Origin: an uncultured delta proteobacterium
GTDB lineage: Bacteria; Myxococcota_A; UBA9160; SZUA-336
DNA: 64,000 nt
Assembly: GCA_963704165.1 (NCBI GenBank)
Contig: CAVPHD010000007.1
Location: forward strand, 128,001-192,000
Direction: 5' to 3'
This document shows positions 57,888 to 64,000 of this stretch, one piece after another. The notes below the pieces were generated by a model. It did no database searches and was not told where the DNA came from. It saw nothing but the letters and a program-made list of their open reading frames with translations. The position numbers were made by a program, and so were the translations under genes. Position 1 is the stretch's first letter. The number at the start of each line of letters is the position of its first letter.

Positions 57888-59288
57888 ATGTCTCGTCCGC
57901 CGATCGAGCTCGACCCGGAGCACGCCGAAGCCATCTTGATGCGCTACGCGGGCACCGGGCCGCGCTACACGAGCTACCCGACCGCGCCGGTCTGGACCGA
58001 AGCGTATGGTGCGGGAAGCTTCGAGGACGACCTGGCCGCGAGCTCACCGGGAGCCGAGCTCTCGGTCTACGTCCACGTTCCGTTCTGCACCAGCCTCTGT
58101 CACTTCTGCGCGTGCAATCGCGTGATCACGCGGAAGGCCGAGCTCCCGGCGCGATACCTCGACACGATCGAACGCGAGATCGGACGCGTGCGAGCGGCGC
58201 TCCCCGGCGAACGACCGGTCGTGCAGCACCACTGGGGTGGAGGAACGCCGACCCATCTCGATCCGGCGCAGGTCAAGCGGCTCTTCCGCGCCGTGAACGA
58301 CGCGTTTCCGGCGGTGGAGGGCGCGGAGATCTCGCTCGAGGTGGACCCCCGCGTCACCGGCGACGCTCACATCGATGCGCTGCGCGAATGCGGATTCAAC
58401 CGCATCTCGCTCGGCGTGCAGGACTTCGCGCCGCGCGTGCAGGCTGCGATCCATCGCGAGCAGAGCCCGGAGCTGACCGGGCGACTCGTGGAACGCGCAC
58501 GCGCGAGCGGCTTCGAGAGCGTGAACCTCGACCTGATCTACGGACTGCCGTTTCAGACCCTCGAATCGACTTCCCAGACGCTCGACGAGGTGCTCGCGAT
58601 CGCTCCGGATCGGATCGCGCTCTACGCGTACGCGCACGTCACGTGGGTTGCGAAGCAGCAGCGCGGTTTCGAGCGACAGGACCTGCCGGCTCCCGGGCTG
58701 CGGTTGCGAATTCAGCTCGCCGCGATCCGGCGTCTGCTCGAGGCGGGCTACGTGTACATCGGAATGGACCACTTCGCGCGACCCGACGATGCGCTCGCCG
58801 ACGCGGTCCGCGAGCGAACGCTGCGGCGCAACTTCATGGGCTACACGACGCGCGCGGGGGTCGACATGATCGGCCTGGGTCCGAGCGCGATCAGCGAACT
58901 TTCCCGGAGCTACGCGCAGTCCGTTCGGGAGCTCGAGCCCTGGCACGAGGCGATCGACTCCGGTCGCTTGGCGACGCTGCGCGGGCATCGGCTCTCGCGC
59001 GACGACGTCGAGCGGCGCTGGGTGATCGGCGAGATCATGTGCCACGAGGAGGTCCGCGCGGCCGAGTTCCGCGAGCGCTTCGGTCTCGAATTCGCGCAGC
59101 GCTTCGCGCGGGAACGTGCGGCGCTCGAGCCTTTCGTCGCCGACGGGCTCGTCGCGTTCGAACCCGAAGGCGGACTGCGCGTGACGCCGCTCGGGCGGCT
59201 GGTTCTGCGGAACGTGGCGATGGTCTTCGACGCGTATCTCGAAGGACAGCGCTCTGGAGATCGCCCGCTCTTCAGCCAGACCGTCTGA
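57888..59288 (+). CDS. hemN: Oxygen-independent coproporphyrinogen III oxidase
   Basis: GPRYTSYPTA, YVHVPFCTSLCHFCAC, HWGGGTP, DLIYGLP, IGMDHFA, LRRNFMGY, FS.TV. Confidence 0.95.
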   Translation: MSRPPIELDPEHAEAILMRYAGTGPRYTSYPTAPVWTEAYGAGSFEDDLAASSPGAELSVYVHVPFCTSLCHFCACNRVITRKAELPARYLDTIEREIGRVRAALPGERPVVQHHWGGGTPTHLDPAQVKRLFRAVNDAFPAVEGAEISLEVDPRVTGDAHIDALRECGFNRISLGVQDFAPRVQAAIHREQSPELTGRLVERARASGFESVNLDLIYGLPFQTLESTSQTLDEVLAIAPDRIALYAYAHVTWVAKQQRGFERQDLPAPGLRLRIQLAAIRRLLEAGYVYIGMDHFARPDDALADAVRERTLRRNFMGYTTRAGVDMIGLGPSAISELSRSYAQSVRELEPWHEAIDSGRLATLRGHRLSRDDVERRWVIGEIMCHEEVRAAEFRERFGLEFAQRFARERAALEPFVADGLVAFEPEGGLRVTPLGRLVLRNVAMVFDAYLEGQRSGDRPLFSQTV

Positions 59289-59295
59289 GTCGGCG

Positions 59296-59676
59296 TCAGC
59301 CCGAGTCGGGTTCTTCGGCGAGCACGGCCGACATCGGACGCAGCGCGACGGGAAACCAGTGCGGTTCGGAGTGGCCCTCGGGCGGGATGATCTTCTCGAC
59401 CGGGAGCGCGAGCACGCGGCCGTCCCGCTTGTACGCCGAGAGATGCACCGGTTTGGCCGCGAGCACCTCTTCGTCGAGAAGCTCGAGAATCGCGTCGAAG
59501 AGCTCGCGCGGCATGCCGCTCCAGATCACGCGATTCCCGGGCAGGACGATCTCGGTCGCCTCGCGCGCGTCTCTGGCCAGGTTCTTGTGCAGCGCCGCGA
59601 ACGTGACCCAGTCGTCGCGCTCGACGAACGCGCGCACGGCGACCTTGTATTCGTCTTTGGTCGTCGATGCGCTCAC
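59296..59676 (-). CDS. Small hypothetical protein
   Basis: GTG overlaps the ECH stop; sequence VTFAAL...NRVIWSGM...YKRDGRVLALP...PHWFPV. Confidence 0.65.
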   Translation of the reverse strand: MSASTTKDEYKVAVRAFVERDDWVTFAALHKNLARDAREATEIVLPGNRVIWSGMPRELFDAILELLDEEVLAAKPVHLSAYKRDGRVLALPVEKIIPPEGHSEPHWFPVALRPMSAVLAEEPDSG

Positions 59677-60515
59677 GTGCCGTCCGGTCTTTCCTTGGTG
59701 CGGTAGTCGCCGAATTGCGCGTCGCGGACGTCGAGTGCGTGGGTCACGCCCTTCGCGAAGTTCTTGAAGTACTCCCGAGTCGAGGGCGTGTGGAAGCCGA
59801 GCGCTTGGATCTCCGTGCCCGCGCGAAGAGCCGTGCGCATTCCCATGACTTCCATCGCGCGGTGCACGCTTCGCTTGTTCAGCTGCTGCAGGTCCGTCGG
59901 AATCCTCGCGATGCGTTCGGCCAGCTCGAGCACACGCGCTTCGAGCTCTTCGGCCGGCCAGGCGCGATTCGCGAACCCCAGACGGGCGGCTTCGGTCCCG
60001 CTGATCGCATCGCCGGTGAGCATCAGCTCCATCGCGTTTCGCATTCCCACGAGCCACGGGTGGTATTGCATGTCCGGCGGGCTCATCAAGCGTACGGGCG
60101 GATAGCCGATCTGCGCATCGTCGGCGACGTAGACGAGGTCGCACGAGGTCGCGAGCTCGCTTCCGCCCGCGAGACAGTACCCGTGCACCTGCGCGATCAC
60201 GGGTTTGCGCAAGTCCCAGACGCGGAAGTGGCCCTCGACGACGTGTCGTGACCAGTTCCCGTCGCCACCGGACGTGTGCCACGGTTGGTCCACCGCCGTG
60301 TTCGAGCCGAGATCGTAGCCGGACGAGAACGAGGTTCCCGCGCCGCGGAGGATCGTCACCCGGACCCCGTCGTCGCGGTCCGCCGCCTCGAGCGCGGCGT
60401 AGAGTTCGCCGCGCAGGGCGTTGGAGAGCGCGTTTCGCTTTTCGGGACGATTCAGCGTGAACCGCCGCACCATCGGGATCGGATCGTCGACGAGGATGTA
60501 CTGCGGAGTCTCCAT
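59673..60515 (-). CDS. Enoyl-CoA hydratase/isomerase family protein
   Basis: TLNRPEKRNAL, FSSGYDL, KPVIAQVHGYCLAGG, ELMLTGD. Confidence 0.93.
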   Translation of the reverse strand: METPQYILVDDPIPMVRRFTLNRPEKRNALSNALRGELYAALEAADRDDGVRVTILRGAGTSFSSGYDLGSNTAVDQPWHTSGGDGNWSRHVVEGHFRVWDLRKPVIAQVHGYCLAGGSELATSCDLVYVADDAQIGYPPVRLMSPPDMQYHPWLVGMRNAMELMLTGDAISGTEAARLGFANRAWPAEELEARVLELAERIARIPTDLQQLNKRSVHRAMEVMGMRTALRAGTEIQALGFHTPSTREYFKNFAKGVTHALDVRDAQFGDYRTKERPDGT

Positions 60516-60532
60516 CGCCGAAGCATACACGC

Positions 60533-61504
60533 TCAAGCCGGTCGCGATGCCGCCGCCGCGAGGACGCCCGCGTAACCGTTTGCGACGCACGCCTGGTCGA
60601 GGACACCGCGCTCGCGGAGAAGCCGGTGAAAGAGCGGCAGCTTGTAGTGTGGGACGGTCATGATCAGGTGGTGCTCGAGGTGGTAGTTCACGCGGTTGGG
60701 CGCGACGAAGAGCCTCTCGAGCGCCGACGCGGTCGTCGTCCGGGTGTTGTTCAGTGCGTCACTCGCGTTCGGCGTGAGCGCGTGCTCCGCGATCGAGCGG
60801 ATGCGCGTGAACAGGCGGTTTGTCGTGAGCCAGGCGACGGCCCAGAGCAGATAGAGTGCGGGATGCCCCGCGAGCGAGACGATCGTCAGCAGCGCGAGGT
60901 TCGTGACGGTGACCGGAACGAGCTTGTGCCAGCCGACGTCCGGCTGCTCGCCGCGGCTCATGCCCTGATCGCGCTGCGAGCGCCCGTGCCCGCGTCCGAC
61001 GTCGCGCAGGAAGACGGCCTTCGCCTGCTTCCATCCCGTTTGCCCGGAGAGGTCGCGGAAGACCTTGCGCGCGAAGCTCGCGCGCGTGATCGGAAACGGC
61101 CGGATCAGCCCGAGATCCGGATCCTTCTCGGAGCCGGTGTGAGCGTGATGCACGAGATGGTAGCGTCGATACGGCTCGACTTCGGCCCAGACCGGATACG
61201 CCGCGAGCCAGTTCCCGGCCCAGTCGTTGAGCGCCCGGTTTCGGAAAAGCGTGCGGTGAGCCGCCTCGTGCATGAGGACCGCGAAGCCGAGCTGGCGCGC
61301 GCCGATCACGAAGATCGCCAGCACGATCGTGAGCGGGTTCGGCGCCCACGCGACGAGCGCCATCGCTCCGAAGACGAGCGCCCAGTTCAGTGCGATCGAG
61401 AGCGCGCCGTGCAGGTTGTCGACTTCGAGAAGCTCGCGGCGCTCTTCGGCCGAGAGCGCGTCTCGCCAGTTCCAGGCCTCCCAGTCGGTCGTCGGTGTAC
61501 TCAA
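60533..61504 (-). CDS. Membrane fatty acid desaturase family protein
   Basis: His boxes HEAAH, HLVHH and HLEHH; TTG overlaps the regulator stop. Confidence 0.9.
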   Translation of the reverse strand: MSTPTTDWEAWNWRDALSAEERRELLEVDNLHGALSIALNWALVFGAMALVAWAPNPLTIVLAIFVIGARQLGFAVLMHEAAHRTLFRNRALNDWAGNWLAAYPVWAEVEPYRRYHLVHHAHTGSEKDPDLGLIRPFPITRASFARKVFRDLSGQTGWKQAKAVFLRDVGRGHGRSQRDQGMSRGEQPDVGWHKLVPVTVTNLALLTIVSLAGHPALYLLWAVAWLTTNRLFTRIRSIAEHALTPNASDALNNTRTTTASALERLFVAPNRVNYHLEHHLIMTVPHYKLPLFHRLLRERGVLDQACVANGYAGVLAAAASRPA

Positions 61505-62376
61505 GCCGTACTCCTCGTCGGGGTTCCGAGAGCGATCGCGCGCGCCTCGCCGGAGAGGCCCGCCAGATTGGCGGGGGAGCTTCGGTGCGGCGCGTCGTGT
61601 GCGCGCATGAAGTCGCTCCAGTGCGCGCGCCCGGCGCGGTCGTATTCGCGCATCGCCTCGATCAACGCGTGGTAGTGCGAGTCCGGTGCGATCTCGTCCG
61701 GCAGGCAGGGATCCAGCGCGATCGCCCGGATCGCGCGACCACCGACGAGAAACGTCTCGACCATGGCGGCGTTGCGCCGGAGCCGCGGTAGCCGGGCCGC
61801 GCTTCGCTCGATCTCGCCGAGCGCACCTCTGTGCGCGCGCGCGATCGCGCCTCCGTCCCAGAGCTGCCGCGCCCGGTTCTCGGTCCCTTCGTCGAGCGAG
61901 CTCACGGCGAGCACGCGCGCGGCGGGATCGAGCCCGAGCTCGTGAAGCTCGCGCCGGACCTGCTCGATTCCGCCACGCAGGTTGTCGGGTCGGATCATGA
62001 GACCGGGGTCGAGCTCCGCGAAGCCGAGGTACGCGAGCGCGCGTGCATCGCGCCGACGTTCGGCGCGGTCGCTTCGCGGCAGGCGATGGACGAAGACACC
62101 GACCCAGCTCCCGGTCCAACGCAGCGCGCGCGAGTCCGCGCTCGACCAGCCGCCGACCCGGCGTGACACCGGCTGTGCACCGGCCGCGAGACGATATCGG
62201 CCGGGTCGTTCGCGCTCGACGAGTCCCCGCGCGAGCAGGCGTGTGAGCGCGACGCGCACACCGTTCTCGGCCAGACCGAAGAGCGTGCCGGCCTCGACGA
62301 GCGCCCGCACCGGCATCGATCGCCCGCGCAGGCTCTGCAGGAGATCGAGAATCAGCGTCTTGGCGTTCGGTTTCAC
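61501..62376 (-). CDS. PaaX family transcriptional regulator
   Basis: LFGLAENGVRVALTRL wHTH, W.G.W, LGF, DP.LP.E..P. Confidence 0.85.
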   Translation of the reverse strand: MKPNAKTLILDLLQSLRGRSMPVRALVEAGTLFGLAENGVRVALTRLLARGLVERERPGRYRLAAGAQPVSRRVGGWSSADSRALRWTGSWVGVFVHRLPRSDRAERRRDARALAYLGFAELDPGLMIRPDNLRGGIEQVRRELHELGLDPAARVLAVSSLDEGTENRARQLWDGGAIARAHRGALGEIERSAARLPRLRRNAAMVETFLVGGRAIRAIALDPCLPDEIAPDSHYHALIEAMREYDRAGRAHWSDFMRAHDAPHRSSPANLAGLSGEARAIALGTPTRSTA

Positions 62377-62444
62377 CGTCGAGAGATTACGAAGGTAGCT
62401 GATTCAGGTCAACAGCTGTAATGGGCGAAGAAGGCCGTCGGGCG

Positions 62445-63017
62445 TCAGCCGAGCGCGCCGTCGGCGAGTCGTCGTTCGACCTTGCGCGCCATTCGCAGGA
62501 GGCTCTCGTCGTCGAGCACGTCTCCGGCGCCGGCGTTCGGGAACCAGCGCAGGTCGAGCGACTCGCCGGAGATGTGGAGAGACTCGTCGTGCGAGGCGAC
62601 CAGCAGGTAGCGAAGGTCGTAATGCAGATGCGCGGGCTCGGTGCCGCGTTCCGGGATCAGGTGAACATCGACGTCGAGCGGAAGTCCGGGGGCATCGGGT
62701 GCCGCGATCCGAAGCCCGTCCATTCCCGATTCCTCCCTGGCTTCGCGCAGAGCCACCGCCTCGAGGTCCGTCTCGCCATCGGCGTGGCCGCCGAGCTGTA
62801 GCCAGCGACCGAGCTTTCTGTGGTGAGTCAGCAGGAAGCGCCCGTGGTCGTGCGACAGGATCCAGGCCGAGGCGGTCATGTGGCCATCGCGGCACGAGCG
62901 CTCGAAGCAGTCGGAGTTCGCGCGCACGAACTGCCGGACGTGATCGACGCCGACCCGCTCGTCGGGATGGCGGCGCAGATAGCGTTCGAGAAGATCGAGC
63001 AGGGGCTTGCGGTGCAA
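62445..63017 (-). CDS. NUDIX hydrolase
   Basis: GHMTASA and [24 protein letters not shown] (Nudix box). Confidence 0.9.
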   Translation of the reverse strand: MHRKPLLDLLERYLRRHPDERVGVDHVRQFVRANSDCFERSCRDGHMTASAWILSHDHGRFLLTHHRKLGRWLQLGGHADGETDLEAVALREAREESGMDGLRIAAPDAPGLPLDVDVHLIPERGTEPAHLHYDLRYLLVASHDESLHISGESLDLRWFPNAGAGDVLDDESLLRMARKVERRLADGALG

Positions 63018-63061
63018 GGACGACTCCGAGATGATGGCCGACCCCGAGTAGGAGACGAGAC

Positions 63062-63532
63062 ATGCGCGGCGACCCGGCAGTGATCGAGGCGTTGAACGGC
63101 ATCCTGACCGCCGAACTCACCGCGATCAACCAGTACTTCATCCACTCGAAGATGTGCCGCAACTGGGGCTTCCTCCGGCTCGCCAAGCACAACCACCACG
63201 AATCGATCGAAGAGATGAAGCACGCCGATTCGGTCATCGAGCGGATCCTCTTTCTCGACGGCCTGCCGAACATGCAGCGCCTCGGAGCGATTCGCGTGGG
63301 TGAGACCGTGCCCGAGCAGTTCAAGGTCGATCTCGCTCTCGAGCTGGACGCGGTCAAGCGCTACAACGCGGCGATCGCGCTCTGCGCGGAGAAGAGCGAC
63401 GCGGGAACCCGCGAGATGCTCGAGGACCTGCTGAAAGACGAAGAGAGCTCGGTCGATTGGCACGAGACGCAGCTCGATCTGATCGAGAAGATCGGCGCGG
63501 AGCTCTATCTGGCGGAGCAGCTCGGGGAATAG
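63062..63532 (+). CDS. bfr: Bacterioferritin
   Basis: [30 protein letters not shown] (heme Met), [11 protein letters not shown]. Confidence 0.95.
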   Translation: MRGDPAVIEALNGILTAELTAINQYFIHSKMCRNWGFLRLAKHNHHESIEEMKHADSVIERILFLDGLPNMQRLGAIRVGETVPEQFKVDLALELDAVKRYNAAIALCAEKSDAGTREMLEDLLKDEESSVDWHETQLDLIEKIGAELYLAEQLGE

Positions 63533-63556
63533 CTCCCGGTGCGGGCTCGGCTCGCT

Positions 63557-64000
63557 CTAGTCGAGCTTGTCGAGCGCGCGCGCGAGCGCGGAGACGAGTT
63601 CCTCCACCTCGTCCTCGCCGAGGACCAGGGGCGGCGCGAGGGCGATGCAACCCGCAACGACGCGCGCGATGATGCCATCGGCCAGAAGCAGCGCGCCGAT
63701 CCGCTTCGCATCCTCGGGATTCCTCGGCTCGAGCGCGGCGATCATGCCGACGCCGCGCACGTCCCGGAGCTTCGCGTGCCCTGCGCAGCGCTCGCGCAAT
63801 CGGCTCTGCAGAAGGGTTCCGACTCGATCTGCGCGCGGGATGAGCTTCTCGCGTTCCAGGATCTCGAGGTTCGCGAGCGCGGCGGACGCGGCCACCGGGT
63901 GTCCCGAGTAAGTGTAGCCGTGCGCGAACGGACCGACTTCGCGCGACGAGGCGCGCAGCACCGCGTGGAGCTTCTCCGAGATCAGGCACGCCGACATCGG
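63557..64000 (-). CDS. Class III aminotransferase, C-terminal part (start outside the window)
   Basis: FAHGYTYSGHPVA, DVRGVGMIAALE, ALAPPL. Confidence 0.9.
   Translation of the reverse strand, partial: PMSACLISEKLHAVLRASSREVGPFAHGYTYSGHPVAASAALANLEILEREKLIPRADRVGTLLQSRLRERCAGHAKLRDVRGVGMIAALEPRNPEDAKRIGALLLADGIIARVVAGCIALAPPLVLGEDEVEELVSALARALDKLD

Noticed and set aside
1..64000. Many long overlapping ORFs rich in Arg/Ala/Pro (e.g. 12133-14997, 11882-14557, 1336-3732, 34303-36702)
   Set aside because: They are shadow or antisense frames expected at high GC. They carry no motifs beyond the embedded real genes.
1..64000. CRISPR arrays, tRNA/rRNA, IS elements, integrases, prophage
   Set aside because: I saw no regularly spaced repeats, RNA gene signatures, or transposase, integrase or phage motifs by eye.

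Overview
A 64 kb window of very GC-rich (about 70% by eye), gene-dense bacterial chromosome. The gene content (PEP-CTERM protein, HldE, many flavin/F420-type oxidoreductases and acyl-CoA enzymes) suggests a Gram-negative Myxococcota/Deltaproteobacteria-like organism, but this is inference. I found no rRNA, tRNA, CRISPR, phage or IS elements. About 60 CDS cover lipid/acyl-CoA metabolism, four ABC exporter clusters, envelope glycosylation and housekeeping. Several genes carry single-base frameshifts that look like long-read errors. Highlights: (1) An 8.2 kb respiratory operon (44.6-52.9 kb) whose heme-copper subunit I has Gln at the cross-linked Tyr position (eNOR-type NO reductase). It is accompanied by a degenerate subunit I paralog, a CuA subunit II, SCO, a heme o synthase-DUF420 fusion and an unusual cytochrome b-2[4Fe-4S]-MvhD fusion. 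(2) An unannotated selenoprotein (UxxC peroxiredoxin-like domain fused to a DsbD-alpha-like domain) with a SECIS hairpin. (3) A sirtuin divergent from a SET-domain methyltransferase that is translationally coupled to citrate synthase. (4) A leader-peptide attenuator before an ABC-2 exporter. (5) A divergent SelO-like pseudokinase. (6) A shared 18-bp operator linking two nitroreductase-containing catabolic blocks on either side of the NOR operon.
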